A stretch of 60,477 nt of DNA, filler included, from Hausera hauseri (GCA_046269625.1; 11 parts of 11 records of this genome joined end to end with filler, not necessarily neighbours in it), one strand, 5' to 3'; positions 24,859-38,339 are shown, counted from the first letter of the whole stretch. Numbers and translations: made by a program. Notes: a model not told the origin generated them from the letters alone.

Positions 24859-27012
24859 GTCTGAGTCAGTTGATATAAGTGATGAAACACTGATAAGATA
24901 TTATTTACGTATATTTTTTTCCTGAAGTTAAATCACATTGCGATATTTAGAAGAACCTTTTACCATTGGTGCAAATGAATTGGTTACCAAGAATGCCGTT
25001 ACCAAATTTACTGTAACCAAAGTTAAATTGGATGACATTATTTATGATAATTCCAACGTAGAAAATGTGTATTTCAGGGTAATTGGTTGTTATCTAACTG
25101 TTAACTTTGTTTTTCAGATATCAAATGTGACACCCATTCAGTTTATTTACAATGGCGCAAGTCCTGAACCACTCTTCGCTTTGGATGAAATCGAATCAAA
25201 ATTGTCGGCAATTTTAGTGGGAAGTAGTAATGGAATATTCATTATTTCGTAGAATTAAGTGGTGTGTTTTGTCTTTATGGTCCAGAATGTTGAGGTAAAA
25301 CTCTTGCTAAAGAAAATTAGTCGATCATATCCCGATAAACACTTTCTGGTTTGATTTCGTCAAATTAACGTAAGAAATTTGTCTGTAATCCTTTATAATT
25401 TTACTATTCTTAGGGAAACGTATTTGAAAGAACCGTCCTACATTGATGAATTATGTTTAACAATTTCCTGTCTAAAGTTTGCCTTTCGATATTTGTAATA
25501 ATTCATGTTTGGCGTTGTTGATCTTCATGTGATTCTTATGGCCAATGCTGACATAATACAGAATGATGAGGCAAAATGTGTATACCGATGATTTCTAACA
25601 CTTTTGGTTAAACAGTTTTCTGTAACAACTCATTTTACCGACGTATAGGAAAAATGCTGACATTAATGTGAAAATAATAATCACAACAAGCAACTTAAAG
25701 CTCATGCATCTTTTAATCATGTCACTTTCGCATGAGTGCATTCTCATACGCTCATTGAACAATACAGAAAAGGCAGAATATTTAAAGCATCTCGTGCGAG
25801 TTTCAACAAAACGAACAGTTGATGAAGACGGTATAGATGAATTCGCGAAAACTTTGTACGGATTCACGGCTAAAGATATTGCGTTCCTCGTGGACCTGGT
25901 TTCCAGTGGCCATCCTGAATTGACTCTAAAAGATTTCCGCTAAATGTCCAAAGAATATCGATCATGTAACATTGCAAATTTTGTCGCCGATGTACAAAGC
26001 GTCCGTTGGTCCGACATTGGTGGTTATGATCACGTTAAGAGCCAGATGCTGCGGCATATTCAAATTCCCCTTTTGAATGACGAGAACATTCCAAGTAGAG
26101 TGTTGCTCTATGGACCACCGGGTTGTTGGAAAACGATGTTTGTAAAGGCACTGGCTACCGAATGTAATTTGAATATGTTTTCCATTACGCCACGGGATGT
26201 TATGAGTAAAAACGTTGGTGAAAGTGAGGCTGAACTGCACAATTTTCTCAATCTTGCATTGGCATCGGCTCCGTCGATCATTTTCATTGATGAACTCGAC
26301 GCACTTGTACCAAATAGGGATTCAGGATTATTGGATTTCTGTTGCCTTCTGGTCGTTATGTTCCATTTAGTCAGGCGTCATCTGTCGGTGATCGTCTGCT
26401 CAGTCAGCTGTTGTTGTCAGGTGTTGAGTTCTTTTCATTGCCGTTACAAATCATCGAGATAAGATTGATCAAGTAAGACGATTAAATATTTGTCGTGGTA
26501 AATTGTCTTCGTCAGGCATTGATTAGACCTGGTCGAATTGATTTGTCCATAGAAATTGGACTTCCTGATTTGACAGCACGACAGGAGATTTTAAAGATTG
26601 TATTTGCTGACAAAAATTATCAAATTGATGACGACGTACTGAATAACATACCGGACATTGCTGACGACTTGACGGTCAATCTGGTGCATATATTGTCAAC
26701 ATCGGGATGGAAATTAAACATTTCAGTGATGACTGTTCTGGTGATTCCGGTGACAGGCCAATTGTGACTATGACTCATGTCGATCATGTTCTCAATAACA
26801 TCGTAATGGAAATTCAACATTTCAATGGTGATTCCGATGATAAGTCCTTTGTTACTGTGACTCATACTGATAACGTTCACAACAATTCTGCTTTCTTCAT
26901 TGATTCTTTGTTCGATCAGTTGCGCTCGGCATGTAAAGTGATTCTAAGTTGTTTTGTAGCTGGACTTGGATTCGGTATTATGTATTGTTTATTAAAATAT
27001 AAAAATGTTTAA
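24859..27012 (+). pseudogene. Double-ring AAA+ ATPase (CDC48/AFG2-SPATA5-like) with short introns, disrupted
   Basis: D1 LYGPEC*GKT; D2 VRWSDIGG, VLLYGPPGCWKT, SKNVGESE, PSIIFIDELDAL, ALIRPGRID..IGLPD..RQEIL. In-frame stop at 25941. Confidence 0.8.
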
Positions 27013-29085
27013 CATTATTGATTTTGTTGGGTTTTTTTTTTCATATTTCAATAAGACTTCAAATATTTATTTTTAATTTAGTTTTCTTCTGTGTCTTTCA
27101 TACAAGAAAGGACAATTAATCCGAAAGGCGTTCAAAATTTCATACAGATTATTGATATGGAAAAACAATTTCCCAATGATGTCAAAATAAACCATTTTGC
27201 ACTTGTTCAAATCTCCCCTTCTACGTTTTGGAAAATCACCCATGACATCACAATCGTCAATTATGTAACAGTCTGTTGTATACTGGATGCTTCAAAATTA
27301 AACGATCAAGTGACAATTATTTTCAAAATAATTTTAGTTTTCAAAAAGTGGAGCATTGAAACATCTCTTATTTAAATTAAATTTTATTAAATATTTGAAC
27401 TCTATTAAAATATGAATTATTATTATTATTATTATTGTGTCGAGCAAAATGAAAACATTATAATCTGTATCACATAAATGATTGTAATAACTTTAGAAAT
27501 GTTATTAAAAAGGATAAAATAAAAGTGATTAGGTAATGCATTTAAAGTATCAATTTTATTACATAGAATATAGTATTGTTCGTCTTGGGTTTATTTATTG
27601 TCTCCAAATTCTAAGACCAATGTATTATAATTAATTTGATTTTACTCTATATTTTATCTCACTGTTTTGTTATTACTAGAAGACAATTTTTAATCGCTCG
27701 TTCAATTACGTAACTCACAGATCTTTCTGAATTAAAATAACTGATTAGCGACTAAATCGGCAAAACGGAAGCTCCGTAATTGCGTACAAGAGATATTGCA
27801 AAAATGGAGCACTCGAATGGCCAGATGTGTCGTTTTACTCAACTTCAATAAGGCCTCAAAACGTTATAAAATTCGCCAACTTCTATAACAGTGATTTGAT
27901 TCTAATATAAACCGGTCCAACGCTTTGGCCCCTTGCTTTCTTTTGCATTTATTTAATACTATCCAAATTCAACAACTACAAATTACTTCGTACCCGATTG
28001 AAACCAGATAAAAGAAAAACGACCGCAGTAGTGTAGGCCCGCTTAAAAGAAAACAGACAAATGTAATTTTATCAAAGTCAAAAAGAAGGAATTTTACTGA
28101 TCACGATTAAAAAAATTGTGGCAATTTACCAAATAGTCCACAATTTTCTAACTACACATAAACGATTTTTGCAAACAAACTATTTAGGGCCTTTAACTTA
28201 ACAAAAAGGACAATTAAAGTATCACACAAAAAAATAAAAGAAATAATTTAACACCCACTTGTAAAGGATACCGACCAGTCGAAGGTTTTCAAAATTGACT
28301 CGTGGTTATAAGTTACTGCCTATCTACTCAACAAAGACCATTTGCATTTTACAATTTATTTGCTTTCTACAATTTTTATGGGAAATACAAATTCTAATAA
28401 GCAATATATAGGATTAGTTTTTAAAAGAATGTAACAACTGTAGGAGATAATTATTACTCTTTATTCACAACATAACAATTGCGGGACATAATTACTACTC
28501 CGCACTTACAAAAACAATGAGCAAAGAAGCAACAGACGACAATATTCTCATAGCAACAATTACACGTGCCCACGAAACAATACTACAAAACGAGACCTCC
28601 GACCCGTCGTAAAAATAAACAATCACTAGACACTGTAATTCTTCCCTCTATTTCAACACAAGGCGTGGTGGGGGGTAGAAGATATCGTCTACCACTGACG
28701 ATGAAATCATAACTAAGGTGAGTCTAAAATAATTTGATCAGTCCATGAGGTAAAGTCATCATTATTAGTTTGTAAATCAGAGGAAATTGTTTTTACGGCT
28801 ATTTGATGGAAACTGTTAAGTGGCAGGTCATTCATTGCTGGACTATCAGAATCCGTGGGCACCACGTGAGACACTGAGGAAGCGTTCAAGGGTGGGTTTT
28901 CTAAAAACGAAAGATGGGACCATTTACAATGCGGTATAGATAAGAGTGAGTCATGGTGTAATTTTGTGGCTATATTGGGTAAGGANNNNNNNNNNNNNNN
29001 NNNNNNNNNNNNNNNNNNNNNNNNNNNNNTTAATTAATTAANNNNNNNNNNNNNNNNNNNNNNNNNNNNNNNNNNNNNNNNNNNN

Positions 29086-30045
29086 CTCAAAACCCAAACC
29101 AAACCAGTCCTCAAATGCAAGGGCATAAATCTCAAACAGACAGACTTGCAGTTCAGTAACTACCTACAGGCTTATGAAACCGGTTGTGCGACTATGGTGG
29201 ACCAGGAGCGAATTGGCAGCAAAAACCACCAACTTATGACAATCAGCTCAAAGAAGAAAGCGTTGGATCCATTCGATGACAAACTCCAGTGGATTGAGAA
29301 AAACAGATAAGTTGCTTACGGACATTATTGTATATGATTATTGTATATATTTCGTATTAATAAATATTTCATTGTTTACCGTGTTTGTTTTGTTAATAAG
29401 GTTTTTTAATCATTGTAAATACGTTTTGGTATTGTGAACTTTTATAGTGTTTTGGTATTGTGAGCATGTATAACATACAAAGATTAACATTTATTATTGA
29501 ATAAATCTTTATAAAAATATTACAACTGCACCAGTAAGAATAATACACACAAGTAAAACATTTCTCTGTCTTTTTCTAAATTCCTCTGTAATGTTTGTCA
29601 TCAATATCGATCAAACAACAAGTTCTACATAGTCTTCTTTTGACAAAAAGTGTTCATTCTCCAGTTCATTTAGAAATTGGATACAATCTATTTTCCCACT
29701 GCATATTTCATTTGTGAGCCTCTTAATTTCAGCTTCTAAATCTATTTTGTAATACTAAGTATATAGATAATTTCAGAGAACAGAATTAAAAACATACCAT
29801 TTGTTGTACTACTTCTTGAAACAACTACTTGCACACCTATATTTATACCCAATCACCAAAATTTAAACTAAAATTTTTTTCGCGCGAAAGTTAAATTTTT
29901 TAAGCCACTCCGAATTCATACAGTACATGTGCTTGTGTTATCCACTTTGTGACTGTGTCTCCTATCGCCACAATATTAATCGTGTATGCGTGTATAGTTT
30001 TTTCTACCCCATGACTCATCCGCGAACCAAATCAACTTTTCTCCG
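29086..30045 (+). mobile_element. polB: Second copy of family A polB 3' end (to 29337) plus remnants of convergent genes
   Basis: KCKGINLKQT..ERIGSKNHQLMT..FDDK..AYGHYC homologous to 14100-14350. 29880-30045 resembles 14990-15150 (VRG.VMG / EW.KKF on the minus strand). Confidence 0.8.
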
Positions 30046-30049
30046 TGCA

Positions 30050-33000
30050 GAGGGGGTTCTGGTCTGGCGCGGTCCCTTCCATCTACTTAGACTTACAGAA
30101 TTCCAAGGATGTTTTCAGCACATGGATGCTGACCAAATTCTCTGAATATATAGTGCTGCTGTGGACGTTGGGCTTGTCAATGAGCTTCTATGCCCGCTTC
30201 CACACACAGACCAACTCTATGTTGATCCTGTTGCGGATATTCGCCATGGTCTTGCCAAAACGCTGTTATTATACAGCTTAAACTGGACCTTCTCAAAATC
30301 CTTCTTGGCATTAGCTTGCATCTTCGTATTGAGGTCTATGTATGTCTGCAGCCATATGGTATAGCTAAACTGCAGGGTCCGATGGAACTTATTAATGCTC
30401 AGTCCATTCCTGACCGTTTGCTGGAGATTTATGTACAGGACTATGTACCTCTCCCTACTATCAGATGGCAGAGTAGTCTTTGACGTTTTTCATGGGGTGG
30501 AGGCTTGCTCTCAGACAGGAAAGACAGCTGTTCACGCCTCGTATGGATATTATGTGTATATTCAACATCCACATCCAGTATGTAGACCGTATTTCCACTG
30601 GGATCCAAGTCCAGTATAGGGATGTATTCAGGATGCTGGAACCACTTCAAGTCATCATATGACAATGGGACGCTTATGGGTAGGCAATATATGAAGATAC
30701 CTTTGCTCGATGGTATTCAGCCATACACTTGTTATTGGCCTCACTATACCTGTGAATGGCCTGGCATATTCCGCCTCTAATGCCTCGCTCAATCATGAGG
30801 ATCATGTCATAATCCTTTATGATCAGTAGCCTAATACCGGTATATCTCAGCATTGCTGCCAAACTCATCCCTGGATCCGTGAAGAAATAAGGTAGATTCA
30901 ATGCACGGCTCTTCATCGTAATATCCCGAAGCTCTCAAAGACATACGTCAGCAGTAGCACATCCGTCATGAGGTGTATATCGCTGTATTCTCCTAATTCT
31001 GGGCATTGGAATGCTTGCCAGATGTTCTGGGCATGCTGGTATTCCATATTACTGATATCGCTATCTGAGGGGATATTGTAAAAGTCCTTGGCCGGCAATG
31101 AGGTCTCATCCAGTGTTTCCAATGATGTTATGTAGTCACAAGGAAACACGTTTTTCCTCTTGACTATGCCAAATGTAGTGGAAAAGAACCGCTTCGTCTC
31201 CTTTAGTTCTTCTGCATGGAGGTTTTTCACTAAGCCGTCAAGTGAAGGTGACATGAAGCGGTAGCTCTCTACAAAGTGAAGTCGGACTTTGTCGACATAC
31301 TTCATGAAGGTGACGTATTTTTCTTCACTGTTTGCGTTGACATCAATGTTTCCTTCAACGTTTCCCAATGCTCGGACTATGAAACAGGAATCATAGGTAC
31401 TGAGATTGTTGAACACTACAGGCACATATGTACATGTCTTGCAGCGTAGATTGCAGTTGTTGCATGCCTCGTCTCGATATTTTGCCTGTAAAATGACAGT
31501 GATCCCTCACTTTCTAATTCTCCATGGTAAAAGACGTCTCGCAAAAGTAACATGCTGTTGCCTTGCGCCATTCTTCTTATTGCTTCTTGAACATGCTCAT
31601 TTTATTCTTATTCTGTTGCAACATATCTCCAATCATATGAGCCATGTCTTCAAATCGATTCATAAAATGAGCTTCTGCATTTGGAACCCTGAATAGATAT
31701 GGTTCACTATGTAGTCCTTTGGCATACATGCAATATGATGACAGCTCATGATATTGGTATGCCGTTGTGCTGGTACGTTGGGTATTGGGGCTTCAACTCT
31801 GAATTGGACGCACAGTAGCCTCAAAGTCGCGTTAGATTACTATTGGGACCTTGATCTTCTTCTCGAACTCCTTAAATTCAGTGTAGTCCTCACTGGGAAA
31901 TTCTGGCCTGATACAGCAATTGTTGTTGCAGTACATATTGTACTCTGCAAGCCTGCCCAATGCTGCATCACCACCGAAATGGGACAAGCATCGCTTACAG
32001 ATTTCAATTCTTCCATGATTTGTTGTTATTTGGGATCTTACTAGACGTTCAAAATTCTTTATCCAAACATAATGCTTCTTTTCTCAATCATCTGGTAGGA
32101 ACAAATCCCTATGTTTGTCCAATTCAGCATCACATATTTGCAGCGGATATAATTTGTTCTCCTCATCCAATCCAAAGATATTAATGGAAATGTTGATTTG
32201 TCCAAATTTTTTGACTTCATCTATGGATGGCGTAAACTTAATAAATTGGAAGTCATAGTTATTCTGCACATCCTTATATAGCCAAATTCGTAAAGAATGT
32301 TTTAGATTCGTTACGAGTTTTGATAAAACGGCATGCATGAAACACATGTTGTCATCATTATGGACATTGATGCATAACTTTTTCTGCTGAATCCATTTAG
32401 GGAGCTGAATATGGGAATTGCCCGCATGGGGGAAACTAATGCACGTGCACACAAATTCTGTTGATGGCTGTCAAGGTCCATTCGCTCTTCTTATCCTGGC
32501 TGTCCTCAGCCTCATGGATCAGCTTCGCATGCTCCTCATATAACCATTCTACTATATTAGTGCCTTCCAATATGGGCCTATCTTTTGCCTATTTTGCCCT
32601 TTTGGATTCTTCGCCATCAACACTAATGTATGTGGCCTCCAGTTTCATATTGACCTTAAGGGCCTTGAGCTCCGCCATGTTGTACTGGAGAATCCCTATT
32701 GTTTCTTCCGCTGTGTATAAGAGGAACTCTTGGATGGTTGTTTGGCCAATTGCTGCAATGACATAGCTGCGAACTTATCTCTTTAGTGCTGCAGCCTCAA
32801 CTGGCCGCTGTCTTTGACTTTTGAATGCAGCATCTGAAATATCTGCTGCTACGCGTTTTAGTCCTGTATCGGGCTGTGCGGCTACATCTGGCTTTGCTGC
32901 CACAGGAGGCTGCATTGTTGCAGCATTTGGCTTTGCTACCGCAGCAGGCTTTGCTGCTACAACTGCCTTATGCTGCTCATTAAAGATGGCCTTCTCTGAC

Positions 33001-33340
33001 TTTGACTTGAAGTCTGTTAAATGGGCAATATGATCTTCATAAAACGGTATGTATTCTCCATTACATACATCCTCACATCCTGGGCAAATATATTACAGGA
33101 TGCTGATGAATTTGTATTCATGGTAGCTTTTCATGGTATTATGACGTTCTGAGGGTTGTGTATTGCACATATATTTGAGCATAATTTTTTTTCGACTTGG
33201 TGAAAGAAATCATGTTTATGTCCATTGTCAAAGTCTTCATAATTGGTTTGGCACACAACCTCACATGTAGGGCATATGTAATACTCATCCCTGTTGTAAA
33301 GATGGCCGTGATTTTGGAAATAACAAAATATGTAGCCATA
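30050..33340 (-). mobile_element. polB: Protein-primed PolB family B (Cys/His N-terminus, endonuclease VII-like zinc finger, exonuclease, polymerase), 3'-truncated and decayed
   Basis: SHIQLPKWI..INVHNDDNMCF, RDHCHFTG, PVVFNNLSTYD, KNVFPCDY, TDVLLL, IERGIRGG, YNNSVFGKTM. Confidence 0.88.
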
Positions 33341-33747
33341 TCAACACATTGCCTAATTTATGGATTTTTTAAATTTTGAATTTATTGATTGAATTTTCGT
33401 TTATTTTCGAATATTCTAGAACACTTCCTTTTAATGCGTCAAATCAAATGAACGTCGGAACAAATTTCGATTTTCTTGTAGGTTTTTGGATATGGGGAAT
33501 AGAGTGATGTCATTAGATACTTTGAATAACGTACGCTTGACCGAATTTTTGGGTTCGAATAGCTAAATATTCGACTTTTAAGCTCTATTTCGAATATATA
33601 ATTTTATATTCAAATTCGCTATATATGGCTTCCTATCTGTATGAGCTNNNNNNNNNNNNNNNNNNNNNNNNNNNNNNNNNNNNNNNNNNNNTTAATTAAT
33701 TAANNNNNNNNNNNNNNNNNNNNNNNNNNNNNNNNNNNNNNNNNNNN

Positions 33748-35072
33748 CTCATGAGGCCTTACCTTGCGTCTCTAGACGTTTTCTTGACAGCGTGGATTTA
33801 CTAACAGATGATGTCGAAGATTCCGTTAGTGAGTACATGGCTTATACACATAGCATAGTTAATAAAATTAGTGCTCAGTACTTAGCAAAGGACAGAAAAT
33901 ATAACTACACAACTCCAAAGTCATTTCTGCAGAAAATCGACCTGCACAAAAACTCTCAGTCGAAAAGGACGAAGAAGTCAAACTGAAAATACAACGATTA
34001 GTTAATGGTTTTGAACAATTAAAAGATGCTGCCGAACAGACCAAATCATTAAAAGTTCAATTAGCTGACCAAAAAGTCGTTGTTTCAGAAAAAAAAACCC
34101 AGCTGCTAAAGAACTGATCGTCGTTGTCAGCGCCGAAGCCGAAAAGCTTAAAGCAGAAAAAGAAGTTGCTGCTGGTGATGAAGCAAAAGTTGCAGTAATA
34201 AAAAAAGAAGTCGAGAAACAGGCGCGAGAATGCGAAAGGGATTTATCACGAGCCGAATCGGCACTGATTGCAGCTCAGGAAGCTCTGAACACGTTGAATA
34301 AAAACAATCTGTCAGAATTAAAAGCCTTAGCATCTCCTCCACCCTATGTTGTCATGATAGCTCAGGCCGTAATGGTACTTATGGAAATGGATGGGAAACT
34401 TCCACGAGATAGAAGTTGGAAAAACATAAAAGCTGGTAATATGGGGAAACCTGATGGTTTTCTAGCAGCGCTTTTAAACAACGACTAGGAAAACATCAAT
34501 CAAATTAGTAAAGCTGCCGCATTAGTCCATGTTCATAAGCAGAGTTTTGAGCCGGAAATAATTCGAGAAAAGTCTGTAGCCGCAGCCGAACTTTGTGCGT
34601 GCGTCATAAAGATATTAAAATTCCACGATGTATACTGCGATGTTAAACCATAAAGAAATACTCTTGAAGCCGCCAACGAAGAATCACGGATGGCAACAGA
34701 AAAACTTGACGTCATCCAGCGAAAAATCGGGGCTTTGGAAGCATCTCTCGGTGTATAGACGAATTAATTCAAATTTGCCACTAACGAAAAATTTCGATGT
34801 CAAGAAATGGCAGATTTCACAGCTAAAACACTCGATTTAGCTATTCGATTAGTTAACGGATTCGCTTCAGGGAACGTTAGATGGGTTGCTCAAGTGAACG
34901 GAATTCAAACGTTAAGAGATACCATACCGGGTAATGCTTTTATTGCCACGTCATTTATATCTTATTACGGGTATTTTACAAAATATTTCCAAAATACATT
35001 GACGAACGATAAACTGTGGCCATTTTTGAAAAGTCAATCAAATCGCATACTAATTCGTGATAATATAGATCC
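33748..35072 (+). pseudogene. Axonemal outer-arm dynein heavy chain (DNAH9/11/17-like) AAA4-to-stalk fragment, intronless
   Basis: KYNYTTPKSFL, LNKNNLSELKALASPP, PRDRSWK, LAIRLVNGFASGNVRW, FISYYGYFTK. Stops and frameshifts. Confidence 0.88.
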
Positions 35073-36019
35073 CAATTCATCTCCTGCGTTAACCGAAACA
35101 CGAAAATCCAGCAGCTCATCATATCTACTTGACCAAATACAATCATCCCAAAATCTTGTTTATAGAATAATTGATTCCAGTTCTCCGGCAAGGTTGATTT
35201 CACTGTTTTGTCTAGCTCTGTCTCCGGACAATTTTGTGAATGTGATACGGATTCTGAGTAATTGGTTATCCAGTAGTTTCATTTCCTTCTATTTAAACAA
35301 TAGCGATAGAAGACAGATCGAAGCTGCCATTTTTGAGAATGTAAAGAAAACGAATATGATAAAGGAATCGGTTATTATTGTTCGTAATTAGAAAAGAAAT
35401 AATACAAATATTTTATGTAAAAGACCTACGCCAGTTTATGACGTTCAAACTGCACTAAGGCCTTTTCTTTGCCATCTTGGATATTTATGAACTAATGCTC
35501 TTCTTTCTGATCGAGCATCATCTGTTAAAAAAATGAATGGCAAAAGTGATTATATCGACATAAAAGCTTTTCGAAATCAAGGAATGGTTCCTCAAGTCGC
35601 AGATACTATTATACTCTCACCACAAAGACAGATCAAATCACACGGTGCCCATGTTAATTTAACAGCATTCGGTCCTGGTGAAAATTGCTCAGCGCAATCA
35701 TTTTGCATCAAAACCACATCGTCAATGATTGGTCATAATGAGGATACTGTCATGGCATTCAGCAAAACCACCTTCAGTTACAGATGGGTGAGATTTTTTC
35801 ATTGATTTGCCCCCACCAGTGTGACCATTTTTTGCGCATGTGCAGACCCTTCCTGGCTCAAACCATTTTTTATTTTAAAGGGTTTCTAAGCTTAACATCT
35901 TTGTATATTTCTTTATCCTAATGATGATTTGCCACCGCTATCCCGGCTGTACGCTCGAACCGCTTCTTAACCCAAAAGGTAACCGCCCAAGCCCCCGTGA
36001 ATTTTATCGTTCCTTTGAG

Positions 36020-36915
36020 ATGACCTCATTACAATTTTCTTTCCTGGTCTTTAGCTACAATCAATACATTACAACCTTACAAGCTCCACTCAACTAGACA
36101 GCACAGTTTTTATGTAACGCTTTGTCCTCATCATACAAAACTTCTGATTTCTATTTTACATACCAGGGTCTTATAATACATCCTTCAGACTCCCTCTTGT
36201 CTTTCGTATGCCACGAACGTCTAGACACCTATCTCATGCTCCATTTTCGCCTCCGGGGTGGATCGGATCTCAATCCGTCCTTCTTGGATGATAAATCGAC
36301 AAATACAGACAACGTCTATCATTTGTCACACTCCCAACAGTCATGAGGTTCATTAAATTTACCTTGTGTTGAATTTTTCCTCGACAAAAACAACTCCAGC
36401 AAACCATGGCTCCAATTCTACCAGTATTGGCTAAAATCGAACAGCATCACCGATTCTTTTGTGCGAGCAAATAGCCTCTTAATTCTTCTGCCTACCAATG
36501 TCAAACAGCAGATTAATAATATCTATGAGCTGCTACAATCCTCGACACCTTATGAGACACTCTGTGAAGTTATACTACATGTCACGGATCATTCGATTGA
36601 CAATATAATACAAAAGTATTTTAATGACCACGTAATAGAAAACCAAAAGCTATCCGACTTTTTCCAAACGGCCATTATGCAGCTCAGCGCTTTAGGAGTA
36701 ACACCTACGAATAACGCGTATTTAATTCGCCGTTATTTTTTATCGTCCTTGCCCACCTCAATCAGAGCCTTAATCACCGTTGTCAACGAGTCCACTGCCA
36801 CCGAAAAACTGGCAATAATGGCTGACAAATCCTTTGAGATTCTTCATACCAACAGTTCTCTCCCTGTTGCGGCTGTAACCTCATGTGCTCCAACTACAGA
36901 ATTAGATAAATACAA
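36020..36915 (+). mobile_element. gag: Second Ubl-Gag copy of the CsRn1-like family, truncated after Gag
   Basis: ATG at 36020 to HFRLRGG (36262), then Gag homologous to 6790-7420 (EFFLDKNNSSKPWLQFY, LLILLPTNVK, IRALITVV..EKLAIMADK). Confidence 0.82.
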
Positions 36916-37639
36916 GCCCCGAATGGCAAGACTGACATTTGTCAATGATGTCCCAAAATTTTTCATTTAATCATCTCTTTTCCTCACTGGTCAAAGGCTC
37001 TACATTGTAACTGTTACGTAAGATCGGCAGACTCGCAGTGCTGTTATTACCTTTAGTTCTTTTGTGTGAATTTTCCGTCAACACGATGCCTCACCTTACA
37101 ATGGAATTTGGGAACATAGTATTATAACGAGTTATGTTTGCAGCTGCCATAATCCATAAACTGTATCAACTATTTTTTTTAAATACCAATCTCTAGAACT
37201 TAGCAGAGAAATGGTTGATTTCCCTCTAACTTCTGTTTTTTTTTCCCAGGAACTGGCTGGGAACTGGGCATGGTTAAGGGCAAACAACTGTAGTACTCAG
37301 TGTGTTAATTAAATTTTTTTTTTCAACAATCCGTGGGATCGTAGGACTTGCTATTATGAGTTTGCACATTTCCCGTTAAATACTGTAAAAATATTGCTAT
37401 TTTTTACCAGATATCATCGCATGATGATCTCCAAAGTGAAACCCTTGCATATAAAAGTGGAGGAAACTACTCAAGCTGTGGATAATGCCCAGCATAAAAT
37501 GAACAGTGTGGAAAACAAAATGAAGGTAATGTGTTTATAATCTAAGCAATGATCAATCCTTTCGTATCATGTCATGGTTTACAGTAAGCCAGTCAAGTGA
37601 CATGCACAGTATATAGTACTTAGTTTCCTCTTCATGTGT

Positions 37640-37873
37640 GGGGCTCAATGGTCTTGAGGTAGGATGTCCGCCTCAAGTGCTAGAGGTACAGGGTTCGAAT
37701 CCCAAAGGAAGCACTTAAGATTTTTGTCTCCGGGATCCTCTAGTAAAAAATTCCCCAGATCTCTGGGTAGTGAGATCGGACGTCCGTGTTCATTGTCGTG
37801 CATGATAAAAATCCCTTGGCAGTTGGAAATAAAAAAAGGCTTAACGGCCGCTGTCCAGGAAAAATATACCCTC
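37640..37873 (+). mobile_element. tRNA-derived SINE-like element
   Basis: A-box-like TGGTCTTGAGG and B-box GGTTCGAATCC, followed by a non-tRNA body. Confidence 0.55.
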
Positions 37874-38339
37874 NNNNNNNNNNNNNNNNNNNNNNNNNNN
37901 NNNNNNNNNNNNNNNNNTTAATTAATTAANNNNNNNNNNNNNNNNNNNNNNNNNNNNNNNNNNNNNNNNNNNNTTTAGCAGTGCTTCCAACTGTATATGG
38001 CTGACACTACTCATTTCAAAAGTTCTTGTTTTTCTGTGTCACCCTGTATATATTTGATTTGAAGCATTGATGAGATGTTTATATTATTTGAAACATAAAT
38101 GATTAAGTGATCATATTGTTATGCTGAATCTTGGACAGATACAATACTTTTTCGCATTTTAACATTGCAATTGGGCTTTATAACCACATGGCTGATTCTT
38201 CGTGAAGTTGAAATGTGTGATCTTGAGTAATAAATTGGTAAAATTTCATAAATGTAATTGAGTCTCCTATAACGACTCCTATTTGTACCAGGATATTTTA
38301 GTAGGGCGAAAATGTCTGTTGGCCCTCACCTACTTCCTG

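Larger units (their letters stand above)
22420..28985. repeat. Contig 5 with exact 77-bp terminal direct repeat (22420-22496 = 28909-28985)
   Basis: First and last 77 nt are identical. Confidence 0.95.

Noticed and set aside
37640-37715. Functional tRNA genes (also 48535-48600, 48801-48870)
   Set aside because: A/B boxes are present but no convincing cloverleaf; treated as SINE heads.
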